DNA of 61,560 nucleotides, counting the filler. It is 3 parts of 3 records of this genome, joined end to end, with 100 filler letters (N's around TTAATTAATTAA, not from the genome) between each part and the next. Parts side by side here need not be neighbours in the genome. Positions count along the whole stretch, not along the records: positions 34,518 to 61,560 come from SRR31156797_3175; 2 more parts are not named here. The stretch is one strand, 5' to 3'. Below the pieces are notes generated by a model. That model worked only from the letters and a program-made list of their open reading frames with translations. It was not told where the DNA came from and did no database searches. The translations under genes and the position numbers were made by a program. Below, in pieces: positions 47,870 to 57,516 of the stretch (its first letter is position 1; each line of letters opens with the position of its first letter).

Positions 47870-48431
47870 TTGGATGTCACGGATAATGGCCCGAATCAAA
47901 AACATTGTTGGAACAGGTACCGTCACAGGTGCTGATGCTCAGTGGTTACAAATCAAAACCGCTACTGGCCGAACCAACGACCGCATTCGTCGAGTGCACA
48001 ACTATGGATTTATGAGCCGTCCGTTAGTGGGTGCCAAAACTTACAACTTGTTTATTGGTGGTGTGACAGCGAGAGGCTTTACCGTCAACGTCGAGGATGA
48101 ACGTTACCAGATGGAGCTGCAGCCGGGTGAACTGGCCTTGCTCGATGACAAAGGTAATTTAGTTCATTTCACGGCGAGCGGAATCAAAGTGAACTCTTCA
48201 GCAAAAATTGAAGTGGTTGCCTCGAGCGATGTCAGCGTTACAGCAACTAAAGTGGATGTCACCGCACCAAGTTCATCATTCTCAGGGAATGTCGATATCG
48301 GTGGAAACCTTAATGTCGCTGGTAATGTGGGCGGGGCTTCGGGCAAGTTCGCTGGCGTGACCGTAGAAACCCACACGCACAACTATACCGATGACAATAC
48401 AACCAGAGTTTCACAAGGACCAAATGAGTAA
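47862..48431 (+). CDS. Mu gp45-like baseplate spike
   Basis: YGFMSRP, GELALLDD and C-terminal HTH iron-binding motif. Confidence 0.85.
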   Translation: MPNWMSRIMARIKNIVGTGTVTGADAQWLQIKTATGRTNDRIRRVHNYGFMSRPLVGAKTYNLFIGGVTARGFTVNVEDERYQMELQPGELALLDDKGNLVHFTASGIKVNSSAKIEVVASSDVSVTATKVDVTAPSSSFSGNVDIGGNLNVAGNVGGASGKFAGVTVETHTHNYTDDNTTRVSQGPNE

Positions 48432-48817
48432 TGGGTTACTTCTCTCTATCGGCCATCACCTCTGCGATTGACACAAAAGAAGGCATGAAACACGCCATCT
48501 TGCAGAGTATTTACAACAACGGTGAATCAACACAGAACGACCGCGCACGTATGGACCAAAACGAACGTGGCGGCTCCTGGAGTGATGAGTTACTTAAGAT
48601 TGTTGGCTCTCGAGACTGGACCTTACATCGCGAGAAGCTAACACCACAAACCATCAGTCTGGCCAAACGATTCTATGAAGAGGCATTAGCCTGGTTAGTC
48701 ATCGATGGCTACGCAAAAAATATCACCGTTAAGGTATGGGAAGAAAAGCCAACGGTAATGGGCCGACAGGTAACAGTGACCTTAGTTGATGGCACCCAAT
48801 TTGAGGTAGAACTATGA
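48431..48817 (+). CDS. Mu gp46-like baseplate protein
   Basis: GGSWSD..GSRDWTL.REK..EEALAWL. Confidence 0.87.
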   Translation: MGYFSLSAITSAIDTKEGMKHAILQSIYNNGESTQNDRARMDQNERGGSWSDELLKIVGSRDWTLHREKLTPQTISLAKRFYEEALAWLVIDGYAKNITVKVWEEKPTVMGRQVTVTLVDGTQFEVEL

Positions 48818-49860
48818 GTACTCAAATCAGCTTAGAAACATTAATTAACCGAGCGAAAGCAACGCTGGTGTCGAAGACCGGGCAAAACAATCCAGCCATT
48901 GACGCTCTCGCAGCTGCCATTGCAGGCGTCAGTTATGGCCAATACGGCTATCAGGATTTGCTGTTCCGTCAGCTTCACCCTGAAACCTGCTCAGAAGCTT
49001 GGCTGTACCTGCATGCGAACCGCCATGATACGCCGAGACTATTGCCAACTTTCGCGACGGGTACCGTTCAGTTTGTTGAACTGGGTGGCACAGTCGTGAT
49101 CCCTAAAGGTCGAGTAGTGACTGATGCGGCAGGCAGCGAGTATGAAACTACCGAAGAACAGTACAGCAACAAACCAGTGAAAGTCACTGCTTTGGTTTCT
49201 GGTACTGCCAGTAACTTACCTGCAGGCAACATCCTAACGCTTTCTGAAGGCCTCGATGGTATCGACCCCAATCAAGTCGAGAGTTTGGGTATTTCAGGTG
49301 GCTCAGATATTGAAGAGCTAGAACACTGGCGCGCGCGTGTGATTGTCGCTTATGAGAAAAATGACCTGATAGGCAAGGCCGAAGACTATGAAGTCTGGGC
49401 AAAGTCAGCCCATTCCGATGTTGATTATGCGTGGGCATTAGATAACACACCACAGCGAGGCATGGTGGAAGTGTATATCGGTAGCCGAACGGACGACCCA
49501 ACAGTCAGTAATGAAGTCGTTTCTCTGGTTCAGCAGACCTTTGAAGATAACCGATTGGCGGGTTGTCATCCGGTCGCTTTGGTTCCAGAACACGCCTTAC
49601 TCAATGTTGAGATTCAAGGCATTGAAGACCAAGCCGTCAGGGACAACGTTGTCACCGCATTAAAAGAATTGGTGAAAGGGAAAATGGGCAAAATTAGTGA
49701 TATTACAGGGGCTCCTGAATCCATCACGCCAACGGAGATAGTGCTAACCATTTCAACCGTTACCACCAACTTTATCGTTAAGTCACCGACTGAAGAGGTG
49801 ATCATTGCGAACAATCAAATTCACGTATTAGGAGACGTCACATGGACACCTCCAGCGTAA
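48814..49860 (+). CDS. Baseplate J / Mu gp47-like protein
   Basis: ATGTV, GGSDIEELEHWRAR and DYEVWA motifs. Confidence 0.88.
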   Translation: MSTQISLETLINRAKATLVSKTGQNNPAIDALAAAIAGVSYGQYGYQDLLFRQLHPETCSEAWLYLHANRHDTPRLLPTFATGTVQFVELGGTVVIPKGRVVTDAAGSEYETTEEQYSNKPVKVTALVSGTASNLPAGNILTLSEGLDGIDPNQVESLGISGGSDIEELEHWRARVIVAYEKNDLIGKAEDYEVWAKSAHSDVDYAWALDNTPQRGMVEVYIGSRTDDPTVSNEVVSLVQQTFEDNRLAGCHPVALVPEHALLNVEIQGIEDQAVRDNVVTALKELVKGKMGKISDITGAPESITPTEIVLTISTVTTNFIVKSPTEEVIIANNQIHVLGDVTWTPPA

Positions 49861-50321
49861 TCGTCGAATACAGTGCTGGTGATTTTTCAGATGCTACTCG
49901 TGCTTTATTACCCAAAGGGGAATATTGGCAGGATACAGAGAACACTGAACTCACCAATGTCGTTGAAGCCTTGGGTATCGACTTCAAAGCAACCCATGAC
50001 GACATAGAACTGTCACTTCTCACGGAGTTTGAGGAGGGACTGTTTGGCTGGAAGCTTCGAGATTATCAAACATTGTTAAACACGACAGCAGGCGAAAACT
50101 CAGGTGAGGTTTATGACGACAGTGCAACCCCTAACCTGATTTATGTCTCACTGGGCGATGACTATCGAGGCAGTTGTAAACAAGCCTGGGAAGCCTTTGA
50201 AGAGAAACGCTTACCTCACACAGAAATCACCTGGATATATAACTCCGTGCTCGATGTTCATCATCAACTAGCAAACTACCGACACATTCGAAACTTACAC
50301 ACTTACGAGGTTACTCAATGA
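49842..50321 (+). CDS. Mu gp48-like baseplate protein
   Basis: ALLPKGEYW and RLPHT motifs; gene order. Confidence 0.7.
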   Translation: MDTSSVIVEYSAGDFSDATRALLPKGEYWQDTENTELTNVVEALGIDFKATHDDIELSLLTEFEEGLFGWKLRDYQTLLNTTAGENSGEVYDDSATPNLIYVSLGDDYRGSCKQAWEAFEEKRLPHTEITWIYNSVLDVHHQLANYRHIRNLHTYEVTQ

Positions 50322-51490
50322 GTTTAATCATTACCGATGCCGGGATTGCCGCAGCCATTCGAGCCGGTGATTTGGGTATTGAATACAAAATTACTCATAT
50401 CAGTATCGGAACTGATGGCTACGTTCCTGACCCTACCCAAACTGAATTAAGTACGGAAGTGCAAAAGAAAGCCCTGACTCGTTCAGCGTTGGTTGCACCA
50501 GGTCAACTGCACTTTGAAACCGTGTGGGATGGTGATGAGGAGTTCGAAGGTAAAGAGCTCGGCTACTGGCTGGAAGACGGAACTCTGTTTGCGGTCGATA
50601 GCCGTGACGGTGAAGTCATCACATTTAAACGTAAAAACACAGTAGTAACCGAAGCGTGCGAACTGAACCTAGCTGCATCAACTATTGAGAACATCACGGT
50701 TGAACTGCTTGGCTCACCATATGCCACAGAAACTCTGGCTGGTATTGCGAAAATTGCTACTACTGCACTAGTTTCTGAAGGTATCGATGACGCAACGATT
50801 GTTACGCCGAAGAAGCTAAAAGAAGCATTTCCTGATGAGCAGTTTGCCGCATACAGCCCACCCCGTATCTACTCACTCGGCGAAACCTGCTACACCAAAG
50901 ACGCGGGAGGGAAAGTGAGTTATTGGGAGTGGTACTCCAACGTCGAATCACTAGCAGGCAAAGACCCAGAACTGGATGCTAACCGCCGAACCGGCTGGAC
51001 GGACGAAACCAAACCATTCTACTGGAAACCATACATCCCTAAAGTGGCAGGTGAAACCATGTACTGGGATACCGATACCATCCCAGAAAACATGGTCGTT
51101 GGAATTGGTCAGCAATTGCCTGTAGCGGTCTATCACTCACTGGCTACTGCCAAGCCTGAATGGATAGATGCAACCGATAATTCTCTAATCAACATACCAG
51201 ATAGGCAAGGACGATTTACTCGTGCCGCGGATGGTACAACTTGGCTGGCGGGTGAAACGCATGAAGATGCAATACGTGAAATTACGGGTCTTCTCAGTGA
51301 CATTTCAGGAGGGGCAAGCTCTGATGCCTCTGGTGCTTTTACAAGGTCATATTTAGGTGCGGTCGCAGCAGGAACGTCTGGTACTACGCTTTATCAGGCA
51401 AGCTATGGTTTTGCGGCATCGAATGTAGTCCCAACATCCGACGAAAACCAGCCAATGGGCTACATAGAATGGGTAGGATACGCACTATGA
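50318..51490 (+). CDS. Tail fibre protein
   Basis: ITDAG tail-collar N-terminus; GIAKIAT..VTPKKL; C-terminal DAIREITG..SGAF..ENQP. Confidence 0.88.
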   Translation: MSLIITDAGIAAAIRAGDLGIEYKITHISIGTDGYVPDPTQTELSTEVQKKALTRSALVAPGQLHFETVWDGDEEFEGKELGYWLEDGTLFAVDSRDGEVITFKRKNTVVTEACELNLAASTIENITVELLGSPYATETLAGIAKIATTALVSEGIDDATIVTPKKLKEAFPDEQFAAYSPPRIYSLGETCYTKDAGGKVSYWEWYSNVESLAGKDPELDANRRTGWTDETKPFYWKPYIPKVAGETMYWDTDTIPENMVVGIGQQLPVAVYHSLATAKPEWIDATDNSLINIPDRQGRFTRAADGTTWLAGETHEDAIREITGLLSDISGGASSDASGAFTRSYLGAVAAGTSGTTLYQASYGFAASNVVPTSDENQPMGYIEWVGYAL

Positions 51491-52050
51491 TTAAACTCTA
51501 TTACACCTATAACAAAGAAACCTTGGAAGTGAATCAGAAAGGTATTCCGACTACTCGTTTTTCTGCACTTCCGGAATATCCAAGAGATGCGCTTCTGGTT
51601 AAACCGTTAGATCCAAAAGACGGCTATGTGGTTTGTGTGTGTGACTTTGTAAACGGACAACCCACATCGACAGAATATATCGTAGACCACCGTGGCAAAA
51701 CCATTTACAACAAAGCCAATCCACTAGAATCAAAAAAAGTCAAAGACTTGGGTGATATAGAAGACGGTTGGACATTCACCAAACCACCGCACCAATACGT
51801 CACCTGGAGTGAAGAACTTAACGATTGGGAAGTAAACACTCAAGCCAAGTACGAAGCCGAGGTTCAACAGGTCACCAATATCCGTGAAAGTCTGTATGTG
51901 CAGATGGTTGACCGCCTGAATAACGAAGCCAAAATGATTCGCCGTGTAGAAGGGGACGAAGCCAAAGCGGCTGAATATGAGGCTCAGGCCGATGCAGCAT
52001 ACTTGCAGATTCGTACTGACAATCCTTGGCCCGAGGCACCAACGATGTAA
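51487..52050 (+). CDS. Tail fibre assembly chaperone
   Basis: DHRGKTIY..LGDIEDGWT..P motif; ATGA overlap with the fibre stop. Confidence 0.78.
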   Translation: MIKLYYTYNKETLEVNQKGIPTTRFSALPEYPRDALLVKPLDPKDGYVVCVCDFVNGQPTSTEYIVDHRGKTIYNKANPLESKKVKDLGDIEDGWTFTKPPHQYVTWSEELNDWEVNTQAKYEAEVQQVTNIRESLYVQMVDRLNNEAKMIRRVEGDEAKAAEYEAQADAAYLQIRTDNPWPEAPTM

Positions 52051-52066
52051 AACAACGCTATGTTAC

Positions 52067-52089
52067 AACCCAGCCATGTGCTGGGTTTT
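52067..52089 (+). terminator. Intrinsic terminator
   Basis: AACCCAGC-CATGT-GCTGGGTTTT. Confidence 0.7.
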
Positions 52090-52147
52090 CTACATCTACC
52101 ATCTAGAAACCGCTTTAATATCAGCCAGTTTTACTGAGCGATACACT
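52088..52147 (+). promoter_or_regulatory. Late promoter of the lysis genes with TTCTA-N11-TAGAA activator site
   Basis: Palindrome at 52088-52108; -10-like TACACT 33 nt downstream. Confidence 0.6.
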
Positions 52148-52176
52148 AGCTTTAGTCAACAAAACTAAGGCTACCA

Positions 52177-52593
52177 ATGAAAGCACTCGCTACCAAACTA
52201 ATCAAAAAACATGAGGGGTTACGGTTAACCCCGTATCGATGCAGCAGTCAGAAAATATCCATTGGCTGGGGTCGAAATCTTCAGGATAACGGCATCACTT
52301 TAGAAGAAGCTGAAACCATGCTTCAACACGATGTTGGTACAGCAATCAAGGAAGCGGAATCACTGCCGTTCTTCAGCTCTCTTAACGAACCGCGCCAAGC
52401 AGTCATCGTCGATATGATTTTTAACCTAGGCTTCCCTCGTTTTGGCATGTTCAAAAAAATGATTGCCGCTATCGAGAAAGAGCATTGGCACGTTGCTGCA
52501 GACGAAATGCTTAACAGTCGCTGGGCTCGTCAAGTTGGGAAACGCGCACAAACACTCAGTGAAATGATGCGTACTGGAACTGAAATTAACTAA
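52177..52593 (+). CDS. Endolysin, GH24/T4-type lysozyme
   Basis: HEGLRLTPY..IGWGRNL; DMIFNLG; SRWARQV..RA. Confidence 0.92.
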   Translation: MKALATKLIKKHEGLRLTPYRCSSQKISIGWGRNLQDNGITLEEAETMLQHDVGTAIKEAESLPFFSSLNEPRQAVIVDMIFNLGFPRFGMFKKMIAAIEKEHWHVAADEMLNSRWARQVGKRAQTLSEMMRTGTEIN

Positions 52594-52603
52594 GGAGCGA
52601 AAC

Positions 52604-52834
52604 ATGAGTTTTCTAACCGGAATTATTGGTAAAACCTTATGGGAAGTATTGAAAGGTATGTTTTTCCAAGTGGCTTGGAAAGTTATTCTGGAACGCTTTG
52701 CTTCCCGTATGGTGATCTGGGGATTGGAGAAGATTAAGGTTCTATCAACCAATGATGTGACTCAAGAAACAGTGAATGACATCATCTTGTCTTTAAAAGG
52801 TAAAAAACTGAAAGAGGTAGAACAATGGGAATGA
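52604..52834 (+). CDS. Small amphipathic lysis-cluster protein (holin/lysis accessory candidate)
   Basis: AAGGAG RBS; position after the endolysin. Confidence 0.5.
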   Translation: MSFLTGIIGKTLWEVLKGMFFQVAWKVILERFASRMVIWGLEKIKVLSTNDVTQETVNDIILSLKGKKLKEVEQWE

Positions 52835-53076
52835 CTTTGGACCCTGGTTGGATAAATGCAGTATTGGCCTTTGGTACTTTCGTCACTCTGATTCTAAGTT
52901 TACTTATCGGCTACCTGTTTCGATTATCCAAAGAACTGGGTGAATACAAAACACATGTAGCCGAAACCTACGCCACCAAAGATGATGTCAAAGAGCTGGG
53001 AGATAGGATTGAGCGTAGTATGGTCAAAGAGTTTGACCGAATTCACTCCTTGTTACGAGGGAAAGATGCAGCGTGA
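52825..53076 (+). CDS. Single-TM + coiled-coil lysis-cluster protein
   Basis: TM helix followed by HVAETYATKDD. Confidence 0.6.
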   Translation: MGMTLDPGWINAVLAFGTFVTLILSLLIGYLFRLSKELGEYKTHVAETYATKDDVKELGDRIERSMVKEFDRIHSLLRGKDAA

Positions 53077-53180
53077 ATAAACCCACATTAGTTATAGTGT
53101 GGGTTTGTGTGTTTATGGTATATAACGTTTTAATATGAAAAATTAAGTAATAATGTGCAAGATTCTTATAGGTTGTAAAT

Positions 53181-54530
53181 ATGAAAGCTACACGGATGAT
53201 ATATGTCGTCATATCAACGCTAGTTGTTTTGTCGTCAGCGGTTTCAATATGGATATATTATATAAAGGAAGGAAAAGACCTAGTAAATTTTACTATTTCA
53301 ATGGTTGGCTTTTGTGTTGCTTTACTTGCATTATTTATTGCAGTTAGAACTTATGCATCCATAGATAGTGTTAATAATATTAGCAAAATGGACGGTAATA
53401 TCCTTGACAACGAAAACTACGTTCTTTCAGTACCTGAGCTTGTGGGAAACTTTCAGTGTGAAGATGAAAAATCTTTAGAGGAAAGCTTGTTTTCATCTAT
53501 TGAGCAGAAACTAAAAAAAGAATCGGGAACAGCAGTATTGTTCGCTGATACTCTACAGTACATGGTTGACCTGATTGTTTTTTTTCCTGCTGTGTTCAAC
53601 GCTGGTGATATCAATAAAAGTCAATACAGAAAACGTATGACTGAGATCCTTGCTAAATTAGAAAATCAGCGTGAAATATTGCAATCTATTAGTAAAGGTA
53701 ACGCGATTCAGATTACTGAAGCTATAAAACTCTTTAAGTCAGTCATTTCATATCAAAGCTTTGTTGCAGATAGAAATTTTAATATTCATGCCGATTTATT
53801 ACACGTTAGAGGGCCAGTTTTACGTAACCCAGTTACCAAGACTATCTACCACAATTACCTTGGCTTGTATTATAACAAAAAAGGTATGTATCAAATCTAC
53901 CAGTCAATTGGTGTTAAGGGCATCGATGCATTTTCTATAGAAGGGGTTCGATTATTACGCTCTAAGTTCAAAGAAATAAAACCTTCTGACAAAGAAGATA
54001 TTATTATGTATTTCAAGTCAGCTTGTGTCGAATTTGAACGAGCTCATCAGGAATGTGGTCTGGATATAATGTGGCCTGGTTTTATTGATTACAACAAATC
54101 TCGCACCTTGTATTTACTATCACTTCTTACTGGTGAAGACACTCAATGGCTGAAAATAATGGATGACGCTATAGCGTCTCGAAGTCGATTAAATAGGATG
54201 ATTGATGAAGTGTTAACAATGCATGATAAAGAGCAACCATATATAAAAGATACGCATTTACGGAAGTTCTTTATGTATCAGGAAGAGCTAGCTCGTATGG
54301 TTAAGTTAAATATATTGATTGGCTCTTCGTTAGAAACTGACAAGAAATCACATCCGTTTGTATATAGAGGTTTAGAACTTAGTAATCAATCACAAGAAGA
54401 TTTAAAAGTAGTTTTAAAACAGTTGACTGGCTTCCCGATGCTTATAGAGTATCAAACTAAGCTGCTTTCATACTTTTCTCGAAATGAAGATCTGTTGAAT
54501 AATGGAGAGCTACTTTCTGAAAGCTCCTGA
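53181..54530 (+). CDS. AT-rich moron: 2-TM protein with a large helical (TPR-like) domain
   Basis: Two N-terminal TM helices; YHNYLGLYY and YNKSRTLY TPR-like helices; flanked by hairpins. Confidence 0.75.
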   Translation: MKATRMIYVVISTLVVLSSAVSIWIYYIKEGKDLVNFTISMVGFCVALLALFIAVRTYASIDSVNNISKMDGNILDNENYVLSVPELVGNFQCEDEKSLEESLFSSIEQKLKKESGTAVLFADTLQYMVDLIVFFPAVFNAGDINKSQYRKRMTEILAKLENQREILQSISKGNAIQITEAIKLFKSVISYQSFVADRNFNIHADLLHVRGPVLRNPVTKTIYHNYLGLYYNKKGMYQIYQSIGVKGIDAFSIEGVRLLRSKFKEIKPSDKEDIIMYFKSACVEFERAHQECGLDIMWPGFIDYNKSRTLYLLSLLTGEDTQWLKIMDDAIASRSRLNRMIDEVLTMHDKEQPYIKDTHLRKFFMYQEELARMVKLNILIGSSLETDKKSHPFVYRGLELSNQSQEDLKVVLKQLTGFPMLIEYQTKLLSYFSRNEDLLNNGELLSESS

Positions 54531-54589
54531 TTAAGTTTCAATAAAAATATTCGAATGCCCAATTTCTGTGAGTTAAACAACAAAAAAAT

Positions 54590-54629
54590 TTGGCTGTGCT
54601 CCAATAGATTCTAACTGGAACACAGCCAA
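54590..54629. terminator. Hairpin between the convergent moron and portal genes
   Basis: TTGGCTGTG ... CACAGCCAA inverted repeat. Confidence 0.55.
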
Positions 54630-54655
54630 CCAAGTTTGGGTAAATTGAAATATTC

Positions 54656-55612
54656 TCACTCCAAACTCTCATACCCATTAGCTGTAATCACTTCCGTCCC
54701 CACAAACTCATTCAACTCACTTAACGAATCAATCAACGGCAGTAACTCGTTTTTAAAGAAAATACGATCCACTTTGTTCAGGTCACTACTTGCTGCAATA
54801 CCTTCACGCTTAACGCTCATTAACTCGAGAGGAACGCGATGGAGGGAGAGCACATCGTTGGTGGTTTGGTTCATCACATCCTTGAACGAGTCTTTGGCTT
54901 CCACTTGTCCGATCGGTTTCAGCTCTGGGGCTTTGGTATCTTTACCCTTTGCGTTAACGAACAGGTTCTTAAACGCCATCCCTTCTTTGGCTTGCAGCTT
55001 ATTGCGAATATCGTTCTCAGTGTCTTTGGTCATGGTCGGTTCGTTCATATACAGCAAGTAACCAGCGTGTGAGCCGTTCCGGTAGTACTGACGACGGAAA
55101 AGGGTGGCATCATCGTTGAGCCAAATCGACGTTAAACCACTCACGTGTTGCGGTAAGCCATAGAGTTCTTGCGCTACATCGTATTCCGCTAAGTGGAAAA
55201 TCTGACCGCGACGAAAATCAATCCGGCCATCATCATCGTAAGCGCGTGGCTTATAGGTGTAACCCAAATCTTCACGCCTGCGCATATACAGGGCAGGAAT
55301 ATGCTTGATCTTAACGACACCAAACACATTGCGAACCACCTGAAAATACCCATTACCAAAAGTCAGGTAGTCTTGAATAAAGCGCTTCAAGTCATTACGA
55401 GACAGAATCGAATTCACCGTCACCGCATAGGTTAGCGTATTACGCTTAAACTCAATCGCGCTGGAATGCATTGGGTTTACCCGGAGGGCTTTGGCCAACG
55501 TATCCAGAGCAATCGGTGGTTCATACAAACCATCAATCAAAGCGACTTCAAGGTAGTTCAGAATGTCGCTGTTCATGACGCTGACGGGGTTTGAAAATTC
55601 AATCTCAATCAC
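54656..55612 (-). CDS. PBSX/P2 gpQ-family portal protein
   Basis: YEPPI, FGNGY, QELYGLP, RRQYYRNGSHAG and HRVP motifs; GTG start 55612 after AGGAG. Confidence 0.93.
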   Translation of the reverse strand: MIEIEFSNPVSVMNSDILNYLEVALIDGLYEPPIALDTLAKALRVNPMHSSAIEFKRNTLTYAVTVNSILSRNDLKRFIQDYLTFGNGYFQVVRNVFGVVKIKHIPALYMRRREDLGYTYKPRAYDDDGRIDFRRGQIFHLAEYDVAQELYGLPQHVSGLTSIWLNDDATLFRRQYYRNGSHAGYLLYMNEPTMTKDTENDIRNKLQAKEGMAFKNLFVNAKGKDTKAPELKPIGQVEAKDSFKDVMNQTTNDVLSLHRVPLELMSVKREGIAASSDLNKVDRIFFKNELLPLIDSLSELNEFVGTEVITANGYESLE

Positions 55613-55681
55613 TGGGTTTCTCCTAGAAGAACGACACGGTGGTGTCATCCTCATTGTGAATATCAATCGGCTCCCAGTGCA

Positions 55682-57382
55682 TCACATGCATAGAAGCCAA
55701 GCTAAGTCGGCGTGTGAACCCACTTTGCTACGGTTAGAAATAAAAGTGACCTGATTACTGGCCTTAGTGGTTTGTTGGCGAATCATCAGGAACGAGTGAA
55801 TCAAATCGTCCCAATCGTCATCGAATTGCAGGCGCCCATCGTTAATGATTTCGCGCGCCTTATAGACCATCATCCGTTTCACTTCGGGTGAGTAATCCAG
55901 TTCAATCAAACTTGGGTAGAACTTGCGGACCAGCTCCGCGACCGCCGAACCTACGCCGCTCACATCAATCGCCAAGTGAACAACGTTGTATTTTTCAGTG
56001 ATCCCTTTAATCGCTTGGGCTTGCTGTTCATAGCTGGAGCCTTTCAAGCGAACTCGTTCGATGAGTCGGAACACGCCGCCTTTACGTTTTGGTTTTAGGC
56101 CAACCACTAAACCTGCATCGTCCGATCCTTCGCCCTGACCACCGCCTCGCGGGTCATAACCCACTAAGACTTCAGCGTTACCGACAGGTCGCGCTTTGCT
56201 ATGGTCCACATCCTTCCATCTCGAAGAATCGGTTTTACAGGCGAGTAGAGCTTTGAGGGCAAAGATAGAAGCGGAATCATCGAGGAACACACAACGCAGC
56301 AAGTTATCGAAGACGGTTTTATCTGGGTACTTGCGTTTAAGTTTCTCCAAGTTGAAGAAGGTGGCACCTTTGGCAATCGCATCATCAATGGTGATGATTT
56401 GGCGAAAAATCCCATCTTCACCCAGCGAGCCGCCTTTAAGTGCAGCGTGGCTGATATCGATACCGAGCTCTTTTTTACCCTGCCATTTGGGGTAGGCTTC
56501 ATGGGCGACTGTCGATGGCGTTGAAAGATAGGTCGTGCGGTATTTCTCGTGAATCGACATACCGCCCGCGTAGTCGTCCAGCTCTCCGAACTTAGGTATC
56601 CAGAACACTTCATCAAAGTAAACGTGGCCGTTAAAGCCTTGCGCCGTTCGGGCGTTGGTTGAAAGGAAATAAAAGGTCGCACCATTGGAAAGCTGCAACT
56701 CATCTTTGCCTTTTAACTCAACATCACCAATTTCTAACGCAAAGCGGCGAATGTAGTTCTTAAAGATTTCCGACTGTTTGCGCGAAGCGGATAGAAACAC
56801 CTGGTTATCACCGTTAAGAACCGCATCTTCAAATGCTTCATAAGCGAAGTAGTACGTTAAACCAATCTGACGTGATTTCAGGTAGAAACGGAACTCATTC
56901 AGTTCACTGTTGCACTTATGCGCGTGGATCTCTTTTTGATATTCGAAGAAGGTCTTCTCACGGAACTCGTCCAACACCTCTTTGGTGATGTGAGAAACAT
57001 CATTCTTAACCTTGTTCGGCTTACGGCCTCGCTTCTTCTCGCCACCGTCGCTGTAACGTGGTTGATGGCGTTTGCTGTCGGCTTCGTCTCGCTTGCGCTT
57101 CTGTGCCAACAGCATTTCTAACTCTTTCAACTGCTCATCGTGCTTTTGGTCAAGCCAAAGCAGATACGCAATACGTTGGCGAAGCATCAACTCTACCGGT
57201 GCATCGTCACGAAGCTCCTTCCAGTTAAATTTTGATATCCATTGCTGAATGGTTCGCACAGCAACGCCCACCGATTGTGCAACTTCGGCAGGCTTGAACT
57301 GACGCAGATACAAACCAAGCGCTTTGCTTTGGTCTGCTGTGTACAAGGGTGAGTTTTGCTCAGTGGCGAGATTCGTCTTCAT
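55682..57382 (-). CDS. P2 gpP-like terminase ATPase subunit with an apparent frameshift near the C-terminus
   Basis: LKSRQIG, YFDE, STPS, GYDP and HADLAW; the conserved tail continues in another frame to a stop at 55623. Confidence 0.93.
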   Translation of the reverse strand: MKTNLATEQNSPLYTADQSKALGLYLRQFKPAEVAQSVGVAVRTIQQWISKFNWKELRDDAPVELMLRQRIAYLLWLDQKHDEQLKELEMLLAQKRKRDEADSKRHQPRYSDGGEKKRGRKPNKVKNDVSHITKEVLDEFREKTFFEYQKEIHAHKCNSELNEFRFYLKSRQIGLTYYFAYEAFEDAVLNGDNQVFLSASRKQSEIFKNYIRRFALEIGDVELKGKDELQLSNGATFYFLSTNARTAQGFNGHVYFDEVFWIPKFGELDDYAGGMSIHEKYRTTYLSTPSTVAHEAYPKWQGKKELGIDISHAALKGGSLGEDGIFRQIITIDDAIAKGATFFNLEKLKRKYPDKTVFDNLLRCVFLDDSASIFALKALLACKTDSSRWKDVDHSKARPVGNAEVLVGYDPRGGGQGEGSDDAGLVVGLKPKRKGGVFRLIERVRLKGSSYEQQAQAIKGITEKYNVVHLAIDVSGVGSAVAELVRKFYPSLIELDYSPEVKRMMVYKAREIINDGRLQFDDDWDDLIHSFLMIRQQTTKASNQVTFISNRSKVGSHADLAWLLCM

Positions 57383-57388
57383 GTTTGC

Positions 57389-57487
57389 ATAGTGCTACAG
57401 AGCCCGCCATTACTCAGCTAGCAAGATTTCTAAATCCGATATCTAGAATCACAACGAATACAAAAAGTTAAGGCCATTGGTTAGATT
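57389..57487. promoter_or_regulatory. Divergent late promoters sharing a TTCTA-N11-TAGAA site
   Basis: Palindrome at 57428-57448; TAGATT 33 nt to the right and CACTAT (minus) 33 nt to the left. Confidence 0.62.
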
Positions 57488-57516
57488 GGAATCATCGAAT
57501 TTAGGAGCGTTAAAGC

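Noticed and set aside
50318-52050. Invertible tail-fibre cassette or diversity-generating retroelement
   Set aside because: No invertase, reverse transcriptase, flanking inverted repeats or duplicated variable region seen
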